Virus record (IMG/VR): IMGVR_UViG_3300028888_000057
DNA: 64,000 nt
Reading direction: 5' to 3' (one strand)
Source of the DNA: a virus
Taxonomy: Duplodnaviria; Caudoviricetes
A program made the position numbers and the translations under genes. Positions within the stretch are counted from its first letter, which is position 1. Each line of letters begins with the position of its first letter. Below the pieces are notes generated by a model that saw nothing but the letters and a program-made list of their open reading frames with translations, did not search any database and was not told the DNA's origin. Below, one piece after another: positions 26,726 through 37,465 of the stretch.

Positions 26726-27667
26726 TTAAGGCGTAACAGCATCAGCAATAGCTGCATCAATTTCAGCGTTAGTGAGAGCTTGAATTGCTTCATACGCATC
26801 AGAAGCATACTGCTTTACTCCGAAGACAGTTGCAGTAGAAGCAGTATCCGCGTTCGTGCCAAGCACAGCTGCAGCAGAACCAGCCGCATCAAAGTCGGAG
26901 GCAGCAGCGTAAGCCGCAGTGCCAAGACCATGTACGGCCACTTCAGTGCCGTCTACGTCAATCGTGCCGTTAGTTGCACCTTCTGTAATAGCTTGTACCG
27001 CTGTGCTCGCTTTGTTTAAAGCAGTTCTGATTGCAGGAACAAGCTTCTGCGCGGTAATACTATCGTCCGTAACGCTGGCAGTGACTACATGAGTAGACGG
27101 ATCGATATGAATAAAGACCATGTCTCCTGTCTGAGAGCCAGAGGTGACATACTCGATCAGCGTGCTGACATTGATATACAGATCGCTGCTATCAGCATTG
27201 GCTAACACCAGATGGATATAAGTTCCGGCAGGACCCCAGGCACCAGCAGTGCTCTTGGTTTCTACCGTACCACTCTGTACGACCATGTCCTTCGGAATAT
27301 TAATGGCCGCACCGACGCTTTCGGGAGTTCCACTTCCAACAGGTGTTTTGGTTAAATGATACACGGCTGCGTAATCGGAAGACGTAGTGTCTTTCACGAC
27401 GTTATAAGTATAAGCTTCACCAGGGGCCTGCTGAGCAACGTATAGACCTTTGTTGCCCGTAGTCTTGAGTTGCAGTGCGTTATCAGGCTCAGCTGAGATA
27501 ACAATAGAGATTTCGTTGTTGTTGGATACGCTCACCGCATCGTTACCAGCAACAACGTTATCAAGTTTACTATCATAACGTTGCTTGATTCTATCCCAAA
27601 GATGGCCTGTGCCTACAGCGTCAAGAAACTTTTTGCCTGAAATAGTCACATAAGGCATATAGTTCAC
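26726..27667 (-). CDS. Tail fibre-associated structural protein (313 aa)
   Basis: INIPKDMVVQSG..YIHLVLAN; shares terminal motifs with the fibres. Confidence 0.75.
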   Translation of the reverse strand: MNYMPYVTISGKKFLDAVGTGHLWDRIKQRYDSKLDNVVAGNDAVSVSNNNEISIVISAEPDNALQLKTTGNKGLYVAQQAPGEAYTYNVVKDTTSSDYAAVYHLTKTPVGSGTPESVGAAINIPKDMVVQSGTVETKSTAGAWGPAGTYIHLVLANADSSDLYINVSTLIEYVTSGSQTGDMVFIHIDPSTHVVTASVTDDSITAQKLVPAIRTALNKASTAVQAITEGATNGTIDVDGTEVAVHGLGTAAYAAASDFDAAGSAAAVLGTNADTASTATVFGVKQYASDAYEAIQALTNAEIDAAIADAVTP

Positions 27668-27718
27668 TCCTTTACATAGTTTGAGGAGGGTTGCCAGCTA
27701 AGACAGCCCTCCATTGAG

Positions 27719-28132
27719 TTACTGAAACTTCTTCAATAGAAGTTCAATTTGTTTCTGTTGTTCTGCGATGATTTCACGCATCTGTGCAATCGTTAAAGGC
27801 TTTTCTTCTTCCTCTGGTTCATGACGTTCTTGTACAACAATAGGCTCATGAACAGGTTCTTCCACAATCGGTTCACCTTCGATTAGCATTTCTTTCAGAT
27901 CTTCATATTCAGTTTCGTCAATAATCACAATTGAAGCATTTTCATATTGAATATCACCGTCAGAAGTCTTCAGCCAGTTATCTTTGTAGATATTTTTTTC
28001 GTCGAACGATTGCACAAACTGACCGTTGTCTACATCGCAGATGAATAATCTATGTTTCTTCGTGTTCCACTTAAGGAACACTGAACCAACACTGACTACA
28101 GTGTTATCTTGGATTACTTTAAAATAAGCCAT
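27719..28132 (-). CDS. Hypothetical tail-associated protein
   Basis: In operon; C-terminal coiled coil. Confidence 0.7.
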   Translation of the reverse strand: MAYFKVIQDNTVVSVGSVFLKWNTKKHRLFICDVDNGQFVQSFDEKNIYKDNWLKTSDGDIQYENASIVIIDETEYEDLKEMLIEGEPIVEEPVHEPIVVQERHEPEEEEKPLTIAQMREIIAEQQKQIELLLKKFQ

Positions 28133-28147
28133 TTTAGCTCACGCTCC

Positions 28148-31100
28148 TTACAGTGAGAACATTAAGACAATGCCTTGCATTTGATATGCACCGTTTGTGT
28201 CCCATTGCATAGTAAGATAAGACACGCTACCTTGAGGTTGCACGTAATATTGAGCATACATATTATTATTGTTAGTATAGCTTGTTCTTGTCCAATACTT
28301 TACAGAACGGATCCATAAGCCGCCTTGAGTACCTTGTGCGACGATGTTATTATATGAATCATCTGTATATCGACCACCATAATACCCATGCTTTGCAGCC
28401 GTTTCTTCGGAAACATAAACATACTTTCTATCAGGATGGTTAGACGGAGCCCATACATCACCCTCACGAACTGTACGAGTATCTGTATAAAGCGTAGGAT
28501 CGCTTGTGTCTGTAAAGATCTGAGAACCTTCAGAATTAATTATTCCCATAAACTTAGCACGAGAATTGTTGTCAGTAAACCAACTAACTTGTCTACTTTC
28601 CGAACTGATTAATCCAGACGGAACATTCATCATATCCGCATAAGAAGGAATATATAGCTTATCAGTCGTGTACTCAAGATTATTAGGATTGTCTGAACCG
28701 CCTTTTGTTACGACGCTAACTGGTTTAATAACAGATTGCCAAGTATACGGAAGCGCATTAAAACATCTCGTATTAATAAAATTACGAGCAAGAGAATTCT
28801 TCCAACCGCCTTCTGTTGAGGCACCACTTCCAGAATATTGGTACATCTCATAGAACAGCGACAGAGGGGCGTTGGCAATAAACGAAGCACCATCCATAAG
28901 GCCTGTACTATCATCTTTGTTATATAAATCGTGTCCACGATAATGCATTCTCCATGTTTCATGAGGCCACTCGGCGAGTTCTCTTACAGTTTTACTTCCA
29001 AGATCGTCGTACCAAATCTTACACCAGTGAATCCAACCTTTAGCAGGGAATCTTTGACCTTGTTCTCTATAAGCCATCGCTCCAAATGACAACACTGAAT
29101 CTGTAGTTGTTTCTGCAGCTCTTGGAATTTCTGCAAAATATATTGAAGCATTATATCCGTCGTATCTTGGAACCTGATACGTATCTGGTGGCATGTCGTC
29201 TCCACCATATTCATCCGAATGTGTTACATACCGGCCGGGATTGCTCGATGCAACAAGAAGGTTCTTAGATCCCTTTCTGTGCCTTAAAACAAGCATGCTA
29301 CGATTCAAACCGTGAGACACAGTAGCAGTTTGATCACCCCACAAAACTTGTACACTTTCATTTTCCTCGGTGTTATTAGAAAGATAATAGTGAACTCTAA
29401 AACCTTCTTGTGTTCCGCTAGAGTCACAGCAGCTAATCAGCGTAGCGTTTGTTGTGTTGTCACAAAACTCATAGTCAATAGCCAACGTAAACGTAGGAGC
29501 ATCTTCATCGAACAATTTGATATCATTGAACTTAAGAATCTCATTGCCGTTGAAATATCTTTCTTGAAGCAGAACTTGAGATTCCACATTGGAGAATTCA
29601 AAATCCTTACCAACCTGAATATCCACATAATCTTCTTCTTCAAAAAATTCATCGGCACGATAATTCTTTGTAATACCATAGATCTGAGCAACATTCATAT
29701 CTTTCAGATTAGCTGTCAAATTGCTGATCGAGCCTTGCTCCCACAGAGCATATACATCAATATCGCCTTTAACAAATCCTGTAGACTTATCCCAGCCTTT
29801 GAATACCTTAAATACACCTGCAACTTCTTCGTCTGTCAGAGTCGGAAGTCCAATCGTTCCTTCGGGATCGTAAATGGCTTCTTCGCCATATTTAACTCCG
29901 GTACGTTCATCATACATCGTACCACCGACTTTATCGTACCATCTAACCGTGTACGTAAGATCTTCTGTTGAATATGTAGCTGTTACAGTCTTGTTGGCTG
30001 TAACATTACCGCCAAGGTTAGACCAGCCTGTGAATGTATATCTATACTGTCCAACAGGATCGATATAAGTAGGTGTATCGATATCAGAAGGAATAGGATT
30101 ATAAGCCTGACTATTCAAGTCGACATACTGAATATAATCATTTCCGCTTCTGTCTTTAATTGCAGAACCGTCTACGTTCAGGAAAGTGACTTCGAAGTAT
30201 GGAATAAGAGAATTGTAATTAATCGTCAGGTCACCATAGTGCCAACGTTTGTTGTTTTCGTCGAGGTTATCCTCAACAGGACCAACACCCCATACAGCAT
30301 TAACCTGTTCAAGTTTCTTCTTGGACAGAGTCGTAACATTGATCACACCCGTAATAACAGGAGCGTTCTGCTCTTCCCAAAGGTTATTATAGCCGCGCCA
30401 GGTAGTGGCAATCTTGGAGATAACATCCAGATTATCGAACGTCCAGTTTACATTGATCGCACGAATGCGTCTGGTTGCAACCTGATCGGAATTAACAGCC
30501 TGAATCAGATATCCACGAATCGCTTCAGATACAATATTGTTGCAATTCTCAAGCTGAATAGACACCAGATTGTTACCGCTCTCCATTGTAAATTGTTCAA
30601 CATTCAACAAGTTGTGAGCAAACAATCCGGTGCATGCATTCAGTTGCACACTTCTCAACGGAGAGAAAGACGGAAGTGTAATCAGACCTGTGTTAGTATT
30701 CCGTGTATCCAATGTTTCAAGCTCTACGTTTGGAGAAAGATCAAGAGCATCTGTGAAGTTCTGAATATTTCTGATCGAGAAATCCTTCAGAAGCGTAGAA
30801 GGAATGGTAACGCCTGTGCCAGAAGGCCAAGCCGTGTTCACTTCTTCGCCGCCGAGGATTGCCTCCATCAGTTTAGCTGCACCGGATGCGGAGAACGTAC
30901 TGTTCTGTGTATTGTTCAACGGACGGATATACTGAATCAGACGGTCAGGAGTTATATACATTGTGGTGTTATTACCAACGGAAACGTTATCAAAGATAAC
31001 TTCCTGTCCAGCGTTAATCTTCTTCGTACCGACTCTGTTATCGTCCGCAACAATCGTAATATACGTCTTTGCGTATACTTTGATCGCGTAATTACGTTTA

Positions 31101-34100
31101 CTGGCTTCACCGTTCGTTCTGAACTGCGTAGAGTTAGATTTAGAATAATAGCCGTATTTACCATCCATATAAGCCGTTTGATAAGTAAGGAATTGTTTTC
31201 TCCAATAAATCTTGGACCCCTGAAGACGAGGAAGATAAGAGTCGTCATAACTCAACGTGTCTTCTCCGAGGATAACGCCAGTCGTCTTATAAGGAGCGAT
31301 ATATTTGTTGTAGGCGTCAATGATCATAGCCGCATGAGGACGAAGATCTTGATAAGTATTCCATTTATCGGCAATGTTCTGAGAAGCCCAAGCGCCTGCA
31401 CTCCTCAATGAGACATACAGATTAGACAATTCAGTTTGGAATTCTTTCTGAATGTTCACCCAGATCGGGTTGGTTGCAGCGTTAAAGTACTGTCTGCCGG
31501 TAGGCGTACCATCTACAGTATCGCCGAAGTCAAGGCCATAATCGCCCAACGGTTTACCGTCGTTATCGGCAGCCAGAATGGTATCCATATCGTAGGCACA
31601 TTTAATGTTCCAAAGATACTTCTGTTCACCTTCATCCCAGTCGTAAGAATAGAAAGTGTTTTTGCTGACATTATCGTAACAAGCAAAATATTCAATGAAC
31701 AGGAAGTGATAGAGCATGGAATTAACAGCAAAATAGTTGTGCATTTCACGCTTAAACTTGGCACTGTCGTTAATTGTGGAAACTACCCATGCTACAAGAG
31801 CATCCCATGCCGCAACGACTTCGTCTTTGTCTTCAGAGGCCGGAACCATTCTCCATTCAAAATGCTTCGTAGTTACCGTTTTACCGTCCACAACAGCCGA
31901 GGTTTCCCAGCGTCCGTCTCCGTCATCCGCATCGGGGTTGAATACTGCTTCCTTGCTTCTAAACCGCTGAGGTTCAGTGTCGTTACCGGAGACTTCGATA
32001 CAAGCCTTAGTGGGATGATCACCAGATCCATCTTGACCAAACACTGCTTTGTTCTTCTTACTGTTGCAAAGATCGCCCATCGCATAAAGAACAGTCTCTT
32101 CAGGCTTGATCTCGAGCGAGCTGAACCATTTCGTTTCATTGCTGTTATTTGTAATAAACACAGCACAAGGCTTACCTTCAACAGAGTCACGTACACCCGG
32201 CCTTGTTCTGGGTTCGGTAATGTACGGCTGATAAGTATTGTACCAGTCGACTGCGTTAATATTGTTAGCATTCTCAGAAGAAGCAACATTAACCTTGATA
32301 TTCAGATAGTTAACGGGAATTGCGTTCTCAGAAATCTTATACTTCTTGCCAGTCTTCTTGAAGTCAATATCCATATTTAGAGAAGATCGACCATAAGCAG
32401 CAGAAGACGTACCCTGCACTTTAAATACAGTCCCGTCGTTACCGGACAATTCGAGTACGTTAGAGCCGTCAGTGATCCTGACATCGGCAGTAACCGGGTC
32501 GGACTTGTTCAGCGTCATTCTGGGCGCAGAAATCTCGATGATTGTGAGATCCGGAGAAGCAGTATGAAGTACAGCAGGAGTGATCCTTTCATTTTGATCC
32601 AAGATTGTATTCTTGGTGTAACGATCTACCTTTTCTAAAGTGGTATTGCCACATGATACATAGTTCTGAATCATGTTTGCCTTAGATAAAGCAGAAGCAT
32701 AAATTCTGATTCCGTATACCCATACGTCACAATGTTCAGAACCAATAACCAGCTGTCCTTCATCCTGAACAAGCATGTTGTTGGAATACTTGATCGCTCC
32801 GGAAGGAATACCATCCAACCACACGGTAGCAAGCCGCTGAGTTCCTTCACTTGCAACTTCAACGAGAATAGACATGTCAATACGGGTATCTTCACTGTAT
32901 CTGAACTCGTTGCCAACGACATTGTTCAGTCTTAATTCACCGTTATTGGATTTCAGAATAATGCCTTTGGATTGCTGGTCGTTCAGTTCGTACATAGCAA
33001 CAGCATCGTACTGATCGCTATTTGTAACACGGAAAGAAATATCGATTGTCTTTCCGTTCGTGTCTCTGTCTTCAAACAATCCACGAGGAAGTCTAGCCGT
33101 ATTGCCTTTCTTAACAACAAAAGCAATTGCTCCATTTTCGTCTGTCTTGAATCCACCATTGACCCAGTCAAAAGGAATCTTATCAGACTCCTGAATAGCC
33201 GTGTCATAGTTATTAAAGATGAGACCTCCAAACTCTTCTCTGTCTGCGTCGGAATTATCGTGTCCAAGAGGATCTAAGACATAGAGCAAACTGTCATCAG
33301 AATAGTAGCTCAGGTTATAACTCACAGCCGCAACATTCAACACTGTCGTTGTGGAAGCCGTGCCGCATCGTAAGACCACGTTGATCGTTCCATATTCAGA
33401 GGGAGAGTATTGATATTTTCTGAGTTCTCGTCTTGCAGAAATAGAAACAGGATTGCCAGATCCAACCTGAATCGTACAATTGGCTGTTTCGTTATTTGGA
33501 TCGAATACAAAGTAATAGATATCCACAAGGTCGTACTGATTGCAATTAATTGAAGATGATTCAAATGCGACAACAGGAGAGGTCACACCTGTACCCCAGA
33601 TAAGAGTATAGTGAATATCATCGGCTTTGTCGTCAGGATCTTCAGTAGAAGCCATGCTCGCTGTAATAACGTTTACGCCGGGGACGAACACCTCTTTGTT
33701 CAACAATACAGTAAGAGTCATACTGCCGTTGACCTGACGTGTAATCGTAGTTTCATTTACGGTAATTGTCACGTTATTTGTTGAGTTTCCTTCAGCCGAT
33801 ACGTTAATCGGAACATAAATGTTGGTATTGGAATTATTCAGCATGATTGCGTCAATTGAACTACCCCATTCAATGCTGAAAGCAACACACTCAATATTCC
33901 ACTTTCTGGTTAACGACGCTCCGCCGACGCTTGTAATTCTGGCTTCAACAGTATTTCTGACAGAAGGCGTAAGATCGTTCTGAACATTTCTGGAGAAAGA
34001 CGAGCCGCTGATATCGCTGCTTGTTCCAACCACTTTGTTGTTAACAAGCCATGTTACAGAGATATCCGTATCGTCAGAAGCCGTGGCTGTGAAGCTGAAT

Positions 34101-34903
34101 GTAGCAGGCTTTCCGTTTCGAACAGTACTCGGTCTTACAACATTAGACAAAGCGATAGTCGCAACAGCACCGCCGCCGCCTCCACCAGCTGGAAGCTGAA
34201 TAGGAGTATAAATATCGTTCGACAGCGGTGTTCCATTCTTGGAAAGAATTAGATAGTTGTTTTCATCTACGGTACCGCCATTGAAATCCAATCCAGTGCC
34301 AATTGTAGTTGTTGAGTTATTGTCGTAACGTACGTTGATTCCACCCTCAGATGGCGTGACTTCACGTACAAAGTTACCAAAGTTATTCAGACGATCATTA
34401 AGCGTCGAAACGGTCTCAGAAAGTCCGCTCACATCGGAAGAAGAAGCAGCACCAATGTTGGCTCTTGCCTGTACCTTTTCCGTTCCTTCGAGTTCCTGAG
34501 ATTCATCGTAACGAACATAACCATCCAGCGAAGGAATTTCACTCGCAGAAATCGCTCCGATATTCTGTCTGGCCTGAAGCTTCTGTGCTTCGCTTAATGT
34601 CTGTTGGATATACTTAATACTCTCAGGAGACGAAATGCTGACATATTCATCTTCTTCCCAACGGAACATGTTATTTGTAGACTTATCGATATAAATCTTA
34701 TTAGACTCACCCGTTTCAGGAAATGCTTCCTGATTAGCATATTCGTGTACTTCATACACATCAGAAGGAACTTGAGTGCTTACGAGTTTGCCTGTAGCGT
34801 CAAGCTGAGCCACGCCTTCATTTGCACCGTACTTTGATTCAATATCGGTTTTAAGTTTTCCTTTGAATCGTTCCAGATTTTCCAAAGTAATAAGTATTGG
34901 CAT
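28148..34903 (-). CDS. Giant multidomain tail protein (LamG-like, CotH kinase-like, LRR-like, InlB-B-like, DUF6273-like)
   Basis: IGSEHCDVWVYGIRIY; KVQGTSS, DNVSKN, YDMDT; LETLD-type repeats; VTFLN.DG..YTFTGW; GGWKNS..R and YWTRT..GIVLMFSL. Confidence 0.75.
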   Translation of the reverse strand: MPILITLENLERFKGKLKTDIESKYGANEGVAQLDATGKLVSTQVPSDVYEVHEYANQEAFPETGESNKIYIDKSTNNMFRWEEDEYVSISSPESIKYIQQTLSEAQKLQARQNIGAISASEIPSLDGYVRYDESQELEGTEKVQARANIGAASSSDVSGLSETVSTLNDRLNNFGNFVREVTPSEGGINVRYDNNSTTTIGTGLDFNGGTVDENNYLILSKNGTPLSNDIYTPIQLPAGGGGGGAVATIALSNVVRPSTVRNGKPATFSFTATASDDTDISVTWLVNNKVVGTSSDISGSSFSRNVQNDLTPSVRNTVEARITSVGGASLTRKWNIECVAFSIEWGSSIDAIMLNNSNTNIYVPINVSAEGNSTNNVTITVNETTITRQVNGSMTLTVLLNKEVFVPGVNVITASMASTEDPDDKADDIHYTLIWGTGVTSPVVAFESSSINCNQYDLVDIYYFVFDPNNETANCTIQVGSGNPVSISARRELRKYQYSPSEYGTINVVLRCGTASTTTVLNVAAVSYNLSYYSDDSLLYVLDPLGHDNSDADREEFGGLIFNNYDTAIQESDKIPFDWVNGGFKTDENGAIAFVVKKGNTARLPRGLFEDRDTNGKTIDISFRVTNSDQYDAVAMYELNDQQSKGIILKSNNGELRLNNVVGNEFRYSEDTRIDMSILVEVASEGTQRLATVWLDGIPSGAIKYSNNMLVQDEGQLVIGSEHCDVWVYGIRIYASALSKANMIQNYVSCGNTTLEKVDRYTKNTILDQNERITPAVLHTASPDLTIIEISAPRMTLNKSDPVTADVRITDGSNVLELSGNDGTVFKVQGTSSAAYGRSSLNMDIDFKKTGKKYKISENAIPVNYLNIKVNVASSENANNINAVDWYNTYQPYITEPRTRPGVRDSVEGKPCAVFITNNSNETKWFSSLEIKPEETVLYAMGDLCNSKKNKAVFGQDGSGDHPTKACIEVSGNDTEPQRFRSKEAVFNPDADDGDGRWETSAVVDGKTVTTKHFEWRMVPASEDKDEVVAAWDALVAWVVSTINDSAKFKREMHNYFAVNSMLYHFLFIEYFACYDNVSKNTFYSYDWDEGEQKYLWNIKCAYDMDTILAADNDGKPLGDYGLDFGDTVDGTPTGRQYFNAATNPIWVNIQKEFQTELSNLYVSLRSAGAWASQNIADKWNTYQDLRPHAAMIIDAYNKYIAPYKTTGVILGEDTLSYDDSYLPRLQGSKIYWRKQFLTYQTAYMDGKYGYYSKSNSTQFRTNGEASKRNYAIKVYAKTYITIVADDNRVGTKKINAGQEVIFDNVSVGNNTTMYITPDRLIQYIRPLNNTQNSTFSASGAAKLMEAILGGEEVNTAWPSGTGVTIPSTLLKDFSIRNIQNFTDALDLSPNVELETLDTRNTNTGLITLPSFSPLRSVQLNACTGLFAHNLLNVEQFTMESGNNLVSIQLENCNNIVSEAIRGYLIQAVNSDQVATRRIRAINVNWTFDNLDVISKIATTWRGYNNLWEEQNAPVITGVINVTTLSKKKLEQVNAVWGVGPVEDNLDENNKRWHYGDLTINYNSLIPYFEVTFLNVDGSAIKDRSGNDYIQYVDLNSQAYNPIPSDIDTPTYIDPVGQYRYTFTGWSNLGGNVTANKTVTATYSTEDLTYTVRWYDKVGGTMYDERTGVKYGEEAIYDPEGTIGLPTLTDEEVAGVFKVFKGWDKSTGFVKGDIDVYALWEQGSISNLTANLKDMNVAQIYGITKNYRADEFFEEEDYVDIQVGKDFEFSNVESQVLLQERYFNGNEILKFNDIKLFDEDAPTFTLAIDYEFCDNTTNATLISCCDSSGTQEGFRVHYYLSNNTEENESVQVLWGDQTATVSHGLNRSMLVLRHRKGSKNLLVASSNPGRYVTHSDEYGGDDMPPDTYQVPRYDGYNASIYFAEIPRAAETTTDSVLSFGAMAYREQGQRFPAKGWIHWCKIWYDDLGSKTVRELAEWPHETWRMHYRGHDLYNKDDSTGLMDGASFIANAPLSLFYEMYQYSGSGASTEGGWKNSLARNFINTRCFNALPYTWQSVIKPVSVVTKGGSDNPNNLEYTTDKLYIPSYADMMNVPSGLISSESRQVSWFTDNNSRAKFMGIINSEGSQIFTDTSDPTLYTDTRTVREGDVWAPSNHPDRKYVYVSEETAAKHGYYGGRYTDDSYNNIVAQGTQGGLWIRSVKYWTRTSYTNNNNMYAQYYVQPQGSVSYLTMQWDTNGAYQMQGIVLMFSL

Positions 34904-34922
34904 GAATCTTCATCTCCTTTCA

Positions 34923-35540
34923 TTAAGTATTTTCAAACATCGCATCGATTTGAGCGTCGGTTGCAACAACAGGCTCAAACGTAAGTTCGTCAATGTATTG
35001 TTTGATAGTCTTACTGTTGTTGACAGCAATTTCAATATCGTCGCCGCGAACAACAACCACGCCTGTTTTACCGTTGACAGAGCTGATTTCAACAGAGCTG
35101 TCTATTCCAACATATGAAACACTATACAAAGTACTTGTGGTTCCATCTACCCATCGAAGAACAACTCTCGTCCATACGTATTGCCCTTGTTGCGGGTTTG
35201 GAAGATTGCTCCATGTTCCGCCGCTTGGTGGATTGGTTCCACTCGTAGAATTCTGATAAGAAACGCTTGCAGTTGCGCCCTTATCGGTTGCTGCCATGTT
35301 TACAATAGCCCGAATCCATTCGGATTCAGTCCCTTCATAGCCGTTCTCAACGGCAATTGGATATAAAGTAACATATCCCAGTTCAACAATTCTGCTGTTG
35401 GCATATTCGGCATAAAGCATACCGCTTTCGTTATTATCGCCTCCGCTTCCGTCACCGATCCACACACGTTTCACGTCACGGTATACAGACAAGAATTCTT
35501 TGAATGTGGGATAGAATTCATAAACTCCATTTCCGTTCAT
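34923..35540 (-). CDS. Tail fibre-associated protein (205 aa)
   Basis: YPIAVENGYEGTESEWI, GQYVWTR, SVNGKTG motifs typical of tail proteins. Confidence 0.75.
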   Translation of the reverse strand: MNGNGVYEFYPTFKEFLSVYRDVKRVWIGDGSGGDNNESGMLYAEYANSRIVELGYVTLYPIAVENGYEGTESEWIRAIVNMAATDKGATASVSYQNSTSGTNPPSGGTWSNLPNPQQGQYVWTRVVLRWVDGTTSTLYSVSYVGIDSSVEISSVNGKTGVVVVRGDDIEIAVNNSKTIKQYIDELTFEPVVATDAQIDAMFENT

Positions 35541-35542
35541 TG

Positions 35543-35866
35543 TTAACGCACAACCTCTCTATAATGTTGTATACCGTTTTCACCTTTGATCTCCACACTG
35601 GAGCAGCGTGAACCGGATGTAAACAGTACATTGAGTTGTACTGTATAACTGTAACCATCATCAAACAACAGGGATTCTTCCTGAGAAAGTTCTACAGAAA
35701 ACTGACTGTTTGTTCCTGTTGCATCTTGAGTTATGTCGATAGGGTAAGCTGTTTTATTCAGAATAATTCGGTCATTCTGATAATAGGTAACAATAATTTT
35801 ATCGACCTCTTCACCGGTAAACGGAATATGAAATTGATGAACGATAGTTTCGCCAGGAATAAACAT
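35543..35866 (-). CDS. Small tail protein (Ig-like)
   Basis: VELSQEESLLF..VQLNV. Confidence 0.7.
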   Translation of the reverse strand: MFIPGETIVHQFHIPFTGEEVDKIIVTYYQNDRIILNKTAYPIDITQDATGTNSQFSVELSQEESLLFDDGYSYTVQLNVLFTSGSRCSSVEIKGENGIQHYREVVR

Positions 35867-35917
35867 CTTTTCCGCTTCCTTTCTTTGAAAGATAATATTG
35901 ATTCTATATAACAGGTA

Positions 35918-36154
35918 TTACTGCAATATTTCATCCAGCTCTTCTATTGTGATAGGCTGAAGTGAAGCATCGCCTTCAATACCTAAATCTTCAAGAGTTA
36001 GATTTCCGACAACTTCGACACCGTTAATCACCGGCTTGTTAGTTAGTTTTTCGTAGTCTGAAGTGCCGGTGCCACCACCCGTCGCTACAGGAGTAGCGAG
36101 GGTGAGCGTATGATAATTTCCCTTGCGAATAGATTGAGTGTCAGGCTTATACAT
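35918..36154 (-). CDS. Small tail-associated protein
   Basis: TSDYEKLTNKPVINGVEVVGNLTLEDLGI. Confidence 0.7.
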   Translation of the reverse strand: MYKPDTQSIRKGNYHTLTLATPVATGGGTGTSDYEKLTNKPVINGVEVVGNLTLEDLGIEGDASLQPITIEELDEILQ

Positions 36155-36172
36155 CCACTCACCCCCTTTTAT

Positions 36173-36514
36173 TTATTCATTTTCGTTAAAGGTAATTTCT
36201 TCAGTTAGAATAAAATCACCAACAAAAGTTTCTTTAAGCTGATCTTCATAAACAAATTGGATGTCAAACTTGTAATTTCCATAGGTCATATTCGCAGTGT
36301 CTTCTGGTTCGATTTTTACTTGATATTCACCAAGATTCACTTTCGTAATGCCGCCGGTACTCAGACGTTCCTGAAATTGGAAAGGACGTTCTTTGGAAGT
36401 CTTCTTGACAGTAAAATACACTTCCGTAAAATCAATATCAGTCTGAGTGCCATCAGGATTATTCACAATAAATCGAACCAGTCTAATATCGCCTCGCGGC
36501 ATTCTAATCATCAT
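36173..36514 (-). CDS. BppU-N-like baseplate/adaptor protein
   Basis: RGD...FTVKK...IEPEDTA...GNYKFDIQ. Confidence 0.65.
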   Translation of the reverse strand: MMIRMPRGDIRLVRFIVNNPDGTQTDIDFTEVYFTVKKTSKERPFQFQERLSTGGITKVNLGEYQVKIEPEDTANMTYGNYKFDIQFVYEDQLKETFVGDFILTEEITFNENE

Positions 36515-36529
36515 CTTGGTTCATCTCCT

Positions 36530-36898
36530 TTACCAGCGGCGCTCTTCTGGATACATCGGATAGTTCATAGGATAGTGTCCAGACATATCCGGCCCATTCT
36601 CTCTGCTTCGACGCATCGCATAAGAGTTATCCATATAAGAGTTATTTCCATAGGAATTGTTTCCATAGGAACCATTCATATAAGAGCCGCTGTTCATAGC
36701 ATAAGAATTATTGTTATATTGGCCCATTTCACTTTGTTTCATAGCCATATAAGTCGCAAGGCTTTTCATTGCGTGAGCAAGCAGATCAATCTTGCGAAGA
36801 TCTCCTTCACTCATTTCAGCCCCGGTGCGATACTTTTCTTCAAGGAGTTCCAGTTCTTTGCAGAGCTTGTTTTCAAGAATCATATATCTCTTATCCAT
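36530..36898 (-). CDS. Unknown-module protein (helical hairpin plus SY/N-rich tail)
   Basis: LCKELE..IDLLAHAMKSL; NNSYG repeats. Confidence 0.75.
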   Translation of the reverse strand: MDKRYMILENKLCKELELLEEKYRTGAEMSEGDLRKIDLLAHAMKSLATYMAMKQSEMGQYNNNSYAMNSGSYMNGSYGNNSYGNNSYMDNSYAMRRSRENGPDMSGHYPMNYPMYPEERRW

Positions 36899-36912
36899 AG
36901 TTCAACACTCCT

Positions 36913-37368
36913 TTACGCCAGACGAGTTACTTCAACATTAAGATTGCGGAGATTTAACGCTGGAGCAACAGCCGCAGGAGTTGCACCTACAGATGCGTTC
37001 TCGACAGCCACCGTATAGCAGCATCCAACAGGAACATCTACAATAGCGAAATTGGAAACACTCCAGTAAGCATCAGCAACCGTAGGAGTCGCAGCCGCAA
37101 TGCTTGCCTGATCAATTTCACCGCCAATGGCAACAGCAAGCTGAATCTCACCAACGGTGCCATCGGTCGGAACAGCAATATTCCCAGCATAAGCGACACG
37201 ATACCGTGCAAAGCGTCCGCATGGATTGTTAACAATGCCGCGAAGAGTTAAGATGCCAGAGCCGGGACGATGGATAACATTTCCACGGTTACAACCAATG
37301 TTGTCGTCTAAAAGAGCAGAAGCACCCGGTTGTACAAGTTGTACAGGAATATAATTGTATTGAGCCAT
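36913..37368 (-). CDS. Unknown-module protein, predicted all-beta (BclA-C/C1q-like, tentative)
   Basis: HRPGSGILTLRG..YRVAYAGNIA..VAVEN..NLNVEVTR. Confidence 0.7.
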   Translation of the reverse strand: MAQYNYIPVQLVQPGASALLDDNIGCNRGNVIHRPGSGILTLRGIVNNPCGRFARYRVAYAGNIAVPTDGTVGEIQLAVAIGGEIDQASIAAATPTVADAYWSVSNFAIVDVPVGCCYTVAVENASVGATPAAVAPALNLRNLNVEVTRLA

Positions 37369-37425
37369 AATATTTCATCCTTTCAAAATGTTAAAAGATA
37401 AGACAACGTCTTAAAATGAAAGAGA

Positions 37426-37459
37426 TGAAGGGAGACCTATTATGTTAGGCCTCCCTTCA
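37426..37459 (-). terminator. Hairpin/terminator after 236-aa gene
   Basis: TGAAGGGAG...CTCCCTTCA. Confidence 0.55.
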
Positions 37460-37465
37460 ACGAAA

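Noticed and set aside
28148-28300. Complete DGR within the window
   Set aside because: No reverse transcriptase and no template repeat seen
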